Of a stretch of 64,000 nucleotides of DNA, positions 35,375 to 45,662 are shown piece by piece; positions within the stretch are counted from its first letter, which is position 1; every line of letters starts with the position of its first letter. The stretch is from positions 186,001-250,000 of the IMG/VR virus record IMGVR_UViG_3300042562_001598, one strand, 5' to 3'. The translations under genes and the position numbers were made by a program. Below the pieces are notes generated by a model. That model was not told the DNA's origin. It searched no databases and saw only the letters and a program-made list of their open reading frames with translations.

Positions 35375-35781
35375 ATCATTTAATTTACGTAAATGAATTA
35401 GGACCAAATTATAAAGGCGATAACATTTACGAATTTATTTTTTCGGATACTATAGATAATATCTGGGGCGAAAATTGGGAATCAAAACCATCTAATGGTT
35501 ACCCTTTACCCCCAGATTTAGAATTTGTTAAAAAAGTGGGTGTATTGAAAAATGACCTAATAACAATGTCAGTAATTCAGAATTCTGATTATTTCTCAAT
35601 GATGGATTGTCTTGATGGTGTTGTAGCTTTAGCTTGGGAAAACGAATCGGATTATGTTGATTTTAGTCATAAAAAAAGATTAGTGTTCTTATTCGGTGAT
35701 ACTGAAGAATCTGTTAAAGATAAACTATACGAACGAGATATCGTTTTAGAAATTGAAAAAAAAACAATATATGAAAATTAA
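35371..35781 (+). CDS. Hypothetical protein
   Basis: ORF track; overlapping operon. Confidence 0.7.
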   Translation: MNHLIYVNELGPNYKGDNIYEFIFSDTIDNIWGENWESKPSNGYPLPPDLEFVKKVGVLKNDLITMSVIQNSDYFSMMDCLDGVVALAWENESDYVDFSHKKRLVFLFGDTEESVKDKLYERDIVLEIEKKTIYEN

Positions 35782-36736
35782 TCACAAATTATTAAAATTG
35801 GTTGAGTATGGTATGAAAACTACCACTCTAACTTCCTTGACTGAATCTCAAGTGAATAATCTATATAATAGATTAGTAGAAGGTAAAAAAGAAACTAAAG
35901 AAGCTACAACAACTAATCTTAACGCTAAAGAAACAACTTATAGTTCTGGTGAAGTTGGAGCTATGAAAACCAAAGGACTTGGTGTTAATGTTAAAAATGG
36001 TGAAGTTAGACCAACTGGTGACGGAGGTCTTAAAGTTATCACTAAAGAAGGTGAAATGACTGAAAAAGCCGAATCTAAACAACAACAAAAATTTATGGGT
36101 TTAGCTTTGTCAGTTAAACGAGGTGACACGCCTAAAGGTGAAGTGTCTAAAAAAGTTAAAGAGACAGCTAAAAAAATGTCTGAAAAAGATTTAGAAGATT
36201 TTGCATCTACAGAACATAAAGGTTTACCTAAAAAAGTTAAAAAAGAAGAAACTAAAGAAAGTTTTGGATTTGGTGATTATGGTAAAAAATTAGCATCTGC
36301 TGCTGCTGGTGCAACTAAAAAGAATTTAGGTCAAATAAGTCCTAGTGTATCTATTGGTGAATCTAAAGAAGCTATTATAGAAAGAAAAATTATTCAATTG
36401 GTTGAGAAACACCTTACACCAAAAATGACTAAACAAGACTTCTTAAATTTAGTTAAAGAACAAGGAACTAAAGAAGCCCCTGTTAAGACTCCTGTTAAGA
36501 CACCAACAAAACCAAAAAAAGATAATCCTTATCAACCAAAACATAAACCAGCTCCTAAAGCTGAAGTTAAAGAACAAGGAACTAAAGAAGCTCCGGTGAA
36601 AACTCCGGTAAAAACTCCTACAAGACCAAAACCGTTTAATCCTTATCAGCCAAAGCATAAACCAGCTCCTAAAGCTGAAAATAAAGATTTACCTGAATGG
36701 TTATCTTTCACATCATTAGGTCTTAAATTAAAATAA
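35771..36736 (+). CDS. Basic internal-head-type protein with tandem 38-aa repeat
   Basis: KAESKQQQKFMG...DFASTEHKGLP module; 2x VKEQGTKEAPVKTP...PKHKPAPKAE. Confidence 0.6.
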   Translation: MKINHKLLKLVEYGMKTTTLTSLTESQVNNLYNRLVEGKKETKEATTTNLNAKETTYSSGEVGAMKTKGLGVNVKNGEVRPTGDGGLKVITKEGEMTEKAESKQQQKFMGLALSVKRGDTPKGEVSKKVKETAKKMSEKDLEDFASTEHKGLPKKVKKEETKESFGFGDYGKKLASAAAGATKKNLGQISPSVSIGESKEAIIERKIIQLVEKHLTPKMTKQDFLNLVKEQGTKEAPVKTPVKTPTKPKKDNPYQPKHKPAPKAEVKEQGTKEAPVKTPVKTPTRPKPFNPYQPKHKPAPKAENKDLPEWLSFTSLGLKLK

Positions 36737-36741
36737 TAGTT

Positions 36742-38079
36742 ATGAGTTTAAATTCTAAAATAGAACAAATATTAAAAGCGAAAACTAAACTTGAAACTAA
36801 ATTAATTCAAGAAGGTTTAACTAAAAAAGAACATAGTGTTTTGAATGAAATCAATTCTACTATGAAAGAACAGATAGATTACGAAGGTCCTGAAAGAATG
36901 GAACCGGGTATTGAGAGAAAGATTACATCAAAAGAAACTCCTTTTGCTGGACATCCTGCAATTCCTGAAGGTGACAAAGATTTTATTGAAACTATTTCAT
37001 CTAAAAGATTTAAGGATTCTGTAGCTAAAGTTAGAAGATTTTTAGGTGACACAACACCTATCCAAGGTCGTAATCCAATGATGGGTTTAATGTCTATGGT
37101 TATGAGAGGCTTACAACAGACTATGTCTATAGAGTCTCAAAACAAGGAAACTCTTGAGAATTTGGCGGTTGAGTTAGTTAAAAAAGAATTAGGAATACCT
37201 GAAGGTTCATTACAATTTGACGCCCAATTAGTTCATAGACCTATGGGTGCCGCTGAAGGTATGAGAGGTGAAGCTGAAGAACCTAGTGAAGAAGAAGTTA
37301 AAGACGCTTTTGCTAAAGCTGAAGAACACCAAGAAGAATTGGCGGATTTCGCGGATGAATTTGAGAAATTTAATTTAGAAAAAGCTAAAAGAAGACTTAT
37401 CAACTCATTAATACAAGGTGCTGCTTTTAAAGGTGGTCATATGTATGTTTTACTTAATGATGAGTTAAATGCAATTAACCCTAACTTAATGAATTTATAT
37501 GGTGTTAATCAATCATTGATGGAACACTTATATTGGTTATACCCAGATATGGAACAAATGGCAGGTTCTGGTGGTGGTCAAATGGGACAATCAGAAGTTG
37601 ATAATGAAACAGACCCACCTACAGTTGTTGCTCGCGCCGCTACTTTCCCTTTATTGGTTCACGAATTAGTTAAAGGTGTTTATGAAGTATTTGGAACTCA
37701 CGGATTACCGGATGACCCAAGACAAGCTGAAATGGTTATGGGTGCTGAAGATACTTTACCCGCAGAAATTTGGGATTCTAGATTAGGTCCTATATTTTGG
37801 GAAAAATTTACAGATGCTTACCCTGACAAATTATTTGATGAGGATAAAAAACATTTACAACATTATCTTTTTGTTAGGTTCTCAAGATTAGATGCTGCGG
37901 AATTTATGAAAATTGCAAAATTAATCTTAAAAGGTGACCCACAAGGAAGTAAATTTATTGATAGAATGGTTAATGAAATCATTGAGGATTTGAAAAAACA
38001 AGAATACGAAGATAAGGATAATGATGATTACGATGATGATGATTTGAATGATATTGATTTGTCAGCACTTGGTTTTTAA
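36742..38079 (+). CDS. Conserved-looking hypothetical protein upstream of terminase
   Basis: 445 aa; HELVKG motif. Confidence 0.65.
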   Translation: MSLNSKIEQILKAKTKLETKLIQEGLTKKEHSVLNEINSTMKEQIDYEGPERMEPGIERKITSKETPFAGHPAIPEGDKDFIETISSKRFKDSVAKVRRFLGDTTPIQGRNPMMGLMSMVMRGLQQTMSIESQNKETLENLAVELVKKELGIPEGSLQFDAQLVHRPMGAAEGMRGEAEEPSEEEVKDAFAKAEEHQEELADFADEFEKFNLEKAKRRLINSLIQGAAFKGGHMYVLLNDELNAINPNLMNLYGVNQSLMEHLYWLYPDMEQMAGSGGGQMGQSEVDNETDPPTVVARAATFPLLVHELVKGVYEVFGTHGLPDDPRQAEMVMGAEDTLPAEIWDSRLGPIFWEKFTDAYPDKLFDEDKKHLQHYLFVRFSRLDAAEFMKIAKLILKGDPQGSKFIDRMVNEIIEDLKKQEYEDKDNDDYDDDDLNDIDLSALGF

Positions 38080-38096
38080 AAAATTAAATTAACATT

Positions 38097-39869
38097 ATGG
38101 CAAACCTAACAAAAGAACAAGTATTAATTGAATATGTAAGATGTCATAAAGATATTGAATACGCGTTAAGAACTTATTTACAGACATACGATAATACAGT
38201 ATCAAAATATGTTCCTTTAGAATTATACCCTGACCAATTATCATTACTTAATGATTATGAGGATTATAATGAAAATATTGCATTGAAATACAGACAAGCG
38301 GGGGTATCAACAGTTACCGCCGCTTGGGCTTCAATGAAACTATCCTTCGCAAAAAAAACAAAACCTGAAAAAGTACTTATTATTGCCAATAAATTAGATA
38401 CATCTTTAGAGATGGCTAATAAAATTAGAGCGTTTGTAGCTCAATGGCCTAGTTGGGTTGGTATTGACTTTTCAGTAGAAAAAAATTCACAAAAACATTA
38501 CAAATTAAATAATGGTAGTGAGGTTAAAGCTGTAGCGACATCCAAGGATGCACTGCGTGGTTTTACCCCCACTATACTTGTATTTGATGAGGCTGCGTTT
38601 ATTGACGCTGATAGTGATTTCTGGGCTGCGTGTATGGCATCCCTTTCCACTGGGGGTAAAGTAATAGTTGTTTCAACTCCCAATGGATTTGACCCTATTT
38701 ATTACGAAATATACGACCAAGCCTTACGAGGAATGAATGACTTTAAGATATCAGAGATGTTTTGGTATCGTGACCCTCGTTATACTAAAGATTTATATTT
38801 GGTTAAAACACATGATACCATTCATTATCTTTTAAATAAAGAGGATTACAATAAAAATGAACTTATTAGTTGGGCTCATATCCCAGCGGACCAAAGGGAT
38901 TATGTGGAATTAAAATCAATGATGGATAATGGTTATAAACCATGTTCAAGTTGGTTTGAGAGTATGGTTAAGAAATTAAAATATGATAAGAGAAAAGTAT
39001 CACAAGAGTTAGAATGTAACTTTTTAGGTTCTGGTGATAATGTATTTGATTCTAATTTAATGCAGAACATTCACGAGAATATGATTACTGAACCTAGTAA
39101 TAAAATGATGGCTAACGCATTATGGTTATGGAAAGAACCGGTGATAGGTCATAAATACATTATGGGTGTGGATGTCAGTCGTGGAGATAGTGAGGATTTT
39201 AGTTCTTTTCAGATAATTGATTTTGATGAAAGAGAACAAGTTGCTGAATATGTTGGGAAAGTTCCCCCCGATGTTATGGCGGAGATTGCATATAAGTGGG
39301 CTAATATGTATTCAGCTTATGTGGTTATAGATATTACTGGGGGTATGGGGGTTTCAACTGCGAGAAAGATGCAGGAGATGGGTTATAAGGATTTATATAT
39401 TGATGGTGTTGACACCACTAATAAATGGGCTTACAATCCTAAATCGGCAGAAAAAATACCTGGAATAAATTTTAACAATAAAAGGGTTCAAATTATTGCG
39501 TCATACGAAGAAGTATTGCGTCATAAGTTCAGAATATATAGTTCAAGACTATACAATGAAATGAATTCCTTTATATATATTAATGGTCGTCCTGACCACC
39601 AAAGAGGTCACCATGACGATTTAATTATGTCAATTGCGATGGCAACTTATGTTGCTGAATCATCATTTAGTAATTTAACTAAAGTTACTGAACATACAAA
39701 AGCGATGATTGATTCATGGTCTGTAAATAATAATACTGACATAAATAAATCTTTAGAGTTTAACCCTGTAATACCAAATTATACAGATAGACAAGGTCAA
39801 TTTAATGGTGGTAATATAGCTAAAGAAGACTATAACAAATACGGGTGGTTATTTGGAGGTATGAGATAA
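38097..39869 (+). CDS. Terminase large subunit (T4 gp17-like)
   Basis: KYRQAGVST, FDEAAF, VSTPNG, QELEC, GVDVSRG, HDDLIM. Confidence 0.95.
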   Translation: MANLTKEQVLIEYVRCHKDIEYALRTYLQTYDNTVSKYVPLELYPDQLSLLNDYEDYNENIALKYRQAGVSTVTAAWASMKLSFAKKTKPEKVLIIANKLDTSLEMANKIRAFVAQWPSWVGIDFSVEKNSQKHYKLNNGSEVKAVATSKDALRGFTPTILVFDEAAFIDADSDFWAACMASLSTGGKVIVVSTPNGFDPIYYEIYDQALRGMNDFKISEMFWYRDPRYTKDLYLVKTHDTIHYLLNKEDYNKNELISWAHIPADQRDYVELKSMMDNGYKPCSSWFESMVKKLKYDKRKVSQELECNFLGSGDNVFDSNLMQNIHENMITEPSNKMMANALWLWKEPVIGHKYIMGVDVSRGDSEDFSSFQIIDFDEREQVAEYVGKVPPDVMAEIAYKWANMYSAYVVIDITGGMGVSTARKMQEMGYKDLYIDGVDTTNKWAYNPKSAEKIPGINFNNKRVQIIASYEEVLRHKFRIYSSRLYNEMNSFIYINGRPDHQRGHHDDLIMSIAMATYVAESSFSNLTKVTEHTKAMIDSWSVNNNTDINKSLEFNPVIPNYTDRQGQFNGGNIAKEDYNKYGWLFGGMR

Positions 39870-39932
39870 AAATATTTCTCAATTACCATATAGGACTATT
39901 TATATGGGAAGAAAATAAGTTATATTAAGAAT

Positions 39933-41798
39933 ATGGAAAATAATCAAAACAATCAAAATAATTTAACTGTTTGGCAAAGATTATCAAAAGCGTTTGGTCC
40001 TAATTCATTATTGAATCAAGACTATCCGACTTATAAAGTTGATAAAAAAGAGTTGTTAAAAACAACTTCTAAAGCTGAATACGAAAAAGAAAAGTTACAG
40101 GCTCAACAAACTTATTACTTAGGTAATCAGTGGACTAAAATTGAAAGTAACTTATATACTCAAGCGGTTTATTATGAACCAACTCGTTTAGCATCATTTT
40201 ATGATTATGAAAGTATGGAGTACACACCTGAAATTTCTGCAGCATTAGACATTTATGGTGAGGAATCAACAACGGTTGACCAAAATGGTCATATGTTACA
40301 AGTATTTTCTGAATCAAAACGAATCAAATCAATCTTAACGGATTTATTCAACAACGCTTTAGATATTAATACAAATTTACCTATGTGGACAAGAAATACT
40401 TGTAAATATGGGGATAATTTCGTTTACCTAAAATTAGATGGTGAAAAAGGTATTGTTGGTGCTATGCAACTTCCTAATATTGAAATAGAACGATTAGAGA
40501 GAGGTATGGCAGCTAAATCCGCTAATGTTGAGGAATTACCTGAAAATAGAGGGTTAAGGTTCAAGTGGAAATCTAAAGATATGGAATTTAACACTTGGGA
40601 GATTGCTCACTTTAGATTATTAGGTGATGATAGAAAATTACCTTATGGTACTTCTATGTTGGAGAAAGCGAGAAGAATTTGGAAACAATTATTACTATCT
40701 GAAGACGCGATGTTAATTTATAGAACATCAAGAGCACCTGAGAGAAGAGTATTTAAAGTTTTCGTTGGTAATATGGATGATAAAGATGTTGAACCATATG
40801 TACAACGTGTTGCGAATAAATTCAAAAGAAGTCAGGTTGTTGATTCAAGTTCAGGAAATGTTGATATGAGATTTAATCAAATGGCTGTTGACCAAGATTA
40901 TTTCATCCCTGTTCGTGACCAAGCGGCTGCTTCACCTATTGAGACTTTACCCGGTGCTCAAAACTTAGCTGAAATCGCGGATATTGAGTATATTCAAAAG
41001 AAATTATTAACGGCTCTTAGAGTCCCTAAAGCCTTTTTAGGGTTTGAAGAACCTGTTGGTGGTGGTAAAGATTTATCGTTAATGGATATTCGTTTCGCAA
41101 GAACAATTAATAGAATACAAAATTGTATGATTGCCGAATTAAATAAAATTGCAATTATTCATTTATTTTTATTAGGTTTTGAAGATGAGTTATCTAATTT
41201 TACATTAGGTTTAACTAACCCATCAAGTCAAGCGGATTTATTAAAAATTGACATATTCAAAGAAAAATTGTTGGCTTATAAAGATGCTGTAGCACCTATT
41301 GAGGGTATTGCTCCGGTTTCTGTATCTTGGGCTAAAAAACATATCCTAGGATTTTCTGATGAAGAAATTAAACTTGATTTACAACAACAACGTATTGAGA
41401 AAGCGGCCGGTGCTGAATTAACTAATACCGCAACAGTTATTACTCATACAGGTATCTTTGATAATATTGATAAGTTATATGGTAATAAACCTGGAGCTCC
41501 ACAAGCTGCCGGTGCAACACCACCAGCAGAACCTGGAAGTGAAGGTGGCGGAGAAGATTTTGGTGCGTTAGGCGGAGCCCCTGAGATGGGTGGTGAAGAA
41601 TTAGGTGGAACTCCACCTCCAGGACCTGAAGCAGGTGGTGAAGCTGGGGTAACACCAGAATCATTTAAGAAAACCAACCATAACATTTTATTAGAAAATG
41701 AAGGGCTATTTAATGACGATTCTTACATCAATTTATCTAAAGGTGAAAATTATTTAGGAGAAATTGAAGACCAATTGGATAAACTTCTGAATGGTTAG
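39933..41798 (+). CDS. Portal protein (T4 gp20-like)
   Basis: EDAMLIYRTSRAPERRVF, DYFIP, IETLPG, ALRVP. Confidence 0.95.
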   Translation: MENNQNNQNNLTVWQRLSKAFGPNSLLNQDYPTYKVDKKELLKTTSKAEYEKEKLQAQQTYYLGNQWTKIESNLYTQAVYYEPTRLASFYDYESMEYTPEISAALDIYGEESTTVDQNGHMLQVFSESKRIKSILTDLFNNALDINTNLPMWTRNTCKYGDNFVYLKLDGEKGIVGAMQLPNIEIERLERGMAAKSANVEELPENRGLRFKWKSKDMEFNTWEIAHFRLLGDDRKLPYGTSMLEKARRIWKQLLLSEDAMLIYRTSRAPERRVFKVFVGNMDDKDVEPYVQRVANKFKRSQVVDSSSGNVDMRFNQMAVDQDYFIPVRDQAAASPIETLPGAQNLAEIADIEYIQKKLLTALRVPKAFLGFEEPVGGGKDLSLMDIRFARTINRIQNCMIAELNKIAIIHLFLLGFEDELSNFTLGLTNPSSQADLLKIDIFKEKLLAYKDAVAPIEGIAPVSVSWAKKHILGFSDEEIKLDLQQQRIEKAAGAELTNTATVITHTGIFDNIDKLYGNKPGAPQAAGATPPAEPGSEGGGEDFGALGGAPEMGGEELGGTPPPGPEAGGEAGVTPESFKKTNHNILLENEGLFNDDSYINLSKGENYLGEIEDQLDKLLNG

Positions 41799-41821
41799 AT
41801 ATTTATATATAAAAAAGTAAA

Positions 41822-42541
41822 ATGATAAAGTTCGGTATATTAAAATCACAGGTTGAGAATGTATTATTAGAATCATATAAAAATGATACATTTAAAAAAG
41901 AAGTACAAAATTTTAAGAAACTTGTATTAGAAAATAAAAATATTAATAAAATATTTTATCTATATGATGATTTAACCTCTAACAAGGGGTTAAATGAATC
42001 TATAGTTAATGAATACATCACTGAATGTATTTCAATTTATGAAAATACAATTAATAAAATTACACCATCCGATATTGATAAATTAAAGAAATGGGTTGGT
42101 AATAATAAAACAGAAAATATATATGAATCTGTTGACAATTTATTTTCAAAAGATGTTCTTATGATTGAGTCAAGAATTCAATCTAAAAAAGTTATTTCAG
42201 AAACTTTAAAAGTATCCCCTAAACAAATTCAGGAAAATGTTAACATACCTTTAGGTTCAATGGTTAATATTGCAAATAAAACTATTAACACATTTATTGA
42301 AAATTTAGAGGAGTCAGATAAAAAAGAATTAAAAACTTTATTATCAACAGATGATGAAGAATTAAAATTAAAGTATGATTCAATTAAAGAAACTATCATC
42401 ACAAAATTAACTAAAATGAAAGGCGATGAACTAGATGTTTCAACTAACAATACAATCAACGAAACAATTGATAGAGTTGTTTCAGAAAAATATGATAAAT
42501 TAAATTATGTTAAACTTAAAACTTTAAACGAAAATTTATAA
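41822..42541 (+). CDS. Head-module hypothetical protein
   Basis: Between portal and protease; late promoter. Confidence 0.65.
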   Translation: MIKFGILKSQVENVLLESYKNDTFKKEVQNFKKLVLENKNINKIFYLYDDLTSNKGLNESIVNEYITECISIYENTINKITPSDIDKLKKWVGNNKTENIYESVDNLFSKDVLMIESRIQSKKVISETLKVSPKQIQENVNIPLGSMVNIANKTINTFIENLEESDKKELKTLLSTDDEELKLKYDSIKETIITKLTKMKGDELDVSTNNTINETIDRVVSEKYDKLNYVKLKTLNENL

Positions 42542-42667
42542 ATCAATCTATAAGTTTAAAATCAACCCCTCCGATAACGAGGGGTTTTTTATTACCTATA
42601 TATTTTTTTGACAATAAGGTATTATTTACTTACTTTTTTAAAAAATAAACTAAAAATATGTACATTA

Positions 42668-43138
42668 ATGAAAAAAGGAAAAACATCACAGATTGATGGA
42701 TTTGATAATGCAAAAATAACTTACGGAACAGTAGATTCTGTAAATCTAAAATCAATTTATCTTAACATACAAACTTGGGTTGAACCAATAACCGAAGTTG
42801 AAGATTGGAATAGAATAGTTTTAAACTTAAGTAGAAACATTAAACACTCCATTTACGAGGTTATGAATGAAGATGTATTCACAAAAACTTTTATAGTTGA
42901 TTTAGATTTGAGGTCAAGTGGATTATCAATATTAAAGAAATCATTTATGAATTTAGAAATTAATTTTTATCTTAACGATAGTGAAATTGATTTTAAAGAT
43001 GAAAAAATAAGAAAAACATTGTCAAAAATAACATACGAAATATTCAAAGAGAATTTTAAAGATAATAAATATTTTAATTTTTATTTAACTAAAACATCTA
43101 AATTATGTGATAATATGTTAGAAATAGAAAATTCTTAA
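42668..43138 (+). CDS. Hypothetical protein
   Basis: Start moved to MKKGK. Confidence 0.65.
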   Translation: MKKGKTSQIDGFDNAKITYGTVDSVNLKSIYLNIQTWVEPITEVEDWNRIVLNLSRNIKHSIYEVMNEDVFTKTFIVDLDLRSSGLSILKKSFMNLEINFYLNDSEIDFKDEKIRKTLSKITYEIFKENFKDNKYFNFYLTKTSKLCDNMLEIENS

Positions 43139-43162
43139 TATTTATTAATAAAAACATTTATT

Positions 43163-43897
43163 ATGAGTAATATAGAAATTAATAAAACTAATGTCCTTAA
43201 TAAAAAATTAATTCTAATTGAATACGATGCGGGTTATATTTCACCAAAAGATGAGTATAATTCTAAAATAATTAAAGAGTCTGATGGTATGTTAGACCAT
43301 TCAAAACCTTTTGAATTTTACGCTGTATTACAAAAATACGATACCCCTAATAGAAATGGTAGAGTATACCCTAAAAGACTATTAGAAAGAGAAGCTCAGA
43401 ATTATAGAAAAATGATTGAGAAAGGAACTGCGTTATCAGAATTAAACCATCCTGAATCATCATTAATTGACTTAGATAGAGTATCACATTTAATTACTGA
43501 TGTATGGTGGGAAGGACCTGCGTTAATCGGTAAAATAAAACTATTAACAACACCAGGTTACCACGAAAGAGGTATTGTATCATCTAAAGGTGATTTGGCT
43601 GCCAATTATTTAAGACAAGGGGTTACTTTAGGTATCTCATCAAGAGGTGTAGGTTCGCTTAAAAAAGTGGGTGAACAAAATGAAGTTCAAGACGACTTTG
43701 AACTAATTTGTTTTGACTTAGTTTCATCACCATCAACACCGGGGGCGTATCTATACCATAACGAAGGTGATAGACAGAAATATGATGAAAACCTTGACGA
43801 AGAAAAAAAGACAACTATAGAGCGACAAGTCGGAAGTAATGGTAATAAATCACTTGACTTAATGAAAAAATTAAACGATTATTTAGGAAACAAATAA
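43163..43897 (+). CDS. Prohead core protease (T4 gp21-like)
   Basis: NRNGRVYP, ELNHP, GISSRGVGS, DLVSSPS. Confidence 0.95.
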   Translation: MSNIEINKTNVLNKKLILIEYDAGYISPKDEYNSKIIKESDGMLDHSKPFEFYAVLQKYDTPNRNGRVYPKRLLEREAQNYRKMIEKGTALSELNHPESSLIDLDRVSHLITDVWWEGPALIGKIKLLTTPGYHERGIVSSKGDLAANYLRQGVTLGISSRGVGSLKKVGEQNEVQDDFELICFDLVSSPSTPGAYLYHNEGDRQKYDENLDEEKKTTIERQVGSNGNKSLDLMKKLNDYLGNK

Positions 43898-43909
43898 ATA
43901 AAATATAAT

Positions 43910-44119
43910 ATGGACGAAAAGTACTTTGTTGCAAAAATCGCAATTGATTCAATTGATAATGAATCAGGTAAATTAAAAAAACTTAGAGAAGAAAAATTAG
44001 TTAGGGGTTATAATCCAACTGATGTTGAATCTAAAGTAACCAAAATCTATGAAAACTATAACCTTGCTTGGAGAATTACAGGAATTGTTGAAAGTAAAAT
44101 TGACGAGGTAATAGAATAA
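43910..44119 (+). CDS. Small hypothetical protein
   Basis: ORF track. Confidence 0.6.
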   Translation: MDEKYFVAKIAIDSIDNESGKLKKLREEKLVRGYNPTDVESKVTKIYENYNLAWRITGIVESKIDEVIE

Positions 44120-44263
44120 TTATCAATTAAAATTAAATTAAAAGAGGACTTATTAAGTCCTCTTTTTTTGTTTATATAAAAAAATATTCATTTTTAATAC
44201 AAAAAAAGTGATTTTTTTTAACTTTTTCTTTTTTCTCAATATTTATAATAAATAAAAACAATA

Positions 44264-45631
44264 ATGGCAAAAGAAAAATCTTTAGTTGAGGACGCAATCA
44301 TCCAAATGAGAAATTTGGAAGAAGCTGTTGCGGAAAATGCAAAAGGAATACTTGCTTCTACAATGAAGGAAGAAATCAAAGAACTAGTAAAAGAATCTCT
44401 GACCGAACAAGAAGACGAGATTGACACAGATGTTGAAATGGATTTACCTACGGATGACGAAGGTGATGAAATGGATATTGATAATATTGACGATATGGAA
44501 GACGAAGAAGACTTTGATGAGTTTGGTGATGACGAAGACGTTATTGACCTAACTGATATTGAAGACGATTCTGAAATCTTACGTGTATTTAGTTTATTAG
44601 GACCTGAAGATAATGTTATAGTTAAGAAAGACGAGACTGGTAACATTAGCTTAAAAGATGGTGATAAAGAATACATGATTGTTGGTGAAAACGAAGACGA
44701 AGATGCTGACATGGAAATGTTTGAAGGTTTCGGAGAATTTGAAGACGACGAAGAACAAGAAGAAGACGAACTTTACGAAGAAGATGAATTTTCAAATGAA
44801 GATGAATCTATTGACGATATCGTTTCTAAAGTATTTGGAGAAGGTCAAGACTTTGAGGATAATGAACTTGAAGAAAATGATGAAGAAGTTGTTTACGAAA
44901 TTGAAATGGACGACGAAGATTTAATGGATGAAGAAGATGAATATCTTGAGGAATCTAAATCAACAATTAAACCTAAAGGTGTTGGTATGGGTAAACCAAA
45001 ATTCTCTTATAATTCTAAACCAAATCAAGGAAAAGGTTTCAACACTAAAATGAAAGAAGCCCCTAAATCTGTTGGAACTGGAAAAGCGAAATTTGAATTT
45101 AAAGAAGACGAAGATTTTGAAAAAATAGAAACTAAAGAAGCTGCTCGCACTATCGGAAATGGTTCTAAATCAGGTCGTGGTCTTAGAAAAGGTATTACTC
45201 CTAATAGAAACTTGGAATTCCCTATTAAAGAAAATACTGACGCTAAAGAACTACAAATCCTTAGAGAAAAAAACGAAGAGTATAGAAAAGCTTTAAATAT
45301 TTTCAGAAATAAATTAAATGAGGTTGCTGTTTTTAACTCAAACTTAGCTTACGCTACTCGTTTATTTACTGAATGTACTACTTCAAAACAAGAAAAAATA
45401 AACATATTGAAAAGATTTGATGGTGTTGAAACGATTAAAGAATCTAAAAACTTATATCAAAGTCTTAAAAATGAATTGTCAGTTAAATCTGGTAAACCAA
45501 TCAATGAATCTATTGAGTCTAAATTAGACAAAACACATTCAACTGGTTCTGCCGTTAATTTAATTGAATCAAAAACTTACGAAAATCCACAATTCCTTAG
45601 AATGAAAGATTTGATGAGTAAATTAAAATAA
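44264..45631 (+). CDS. Prohead scaffold/core protein (gp22-like)
   Basis: Very acidic, coiled-coil; directly upstream of the major capsid gene. Confidence 0.75.
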   Translation: MAKEKSLVEDAIIQMRNLEEAVAENAKGILASTMKEEIKELVKESLTEQEDEIDTDVEMDLPTDDEGDEMDIDNIDDMEDEEDFDEFGDDEDVIDLTDIEDDSEILRVFSLLGPEDNVIVKKDETGNISLKDGDKEYMIVGENEDEDADMEMFEGFGEFEDDEEQEEDELYEEDEFSNEDESIDDIVSKVFGEGQDFEDNELEENDEEVVYEIEMDDEDLMDEEDEYLEESKSTIKPKGVGMGKPKFSYNSKPNQGKGFNTKMKEAPKSVGTGKAKFEFKEDEDFEKIETKEAARTIGNGSKSGRGLRKGITPNRNLEFPIKENTDAKELQILREKNEEYRKALNIFRNKLNEVAVFNSNLAYATRLFTECTTSKQEKINILKRFDGVETIKESKNLYQSLKNELSVKSGKPINESIESKLDKTHSTGSAVNLIESKTYENPQFLRMKDLMSKLK

Positions 45632-45662
45632 AAAATAAACATAAAATTAAACAAAAACAAAA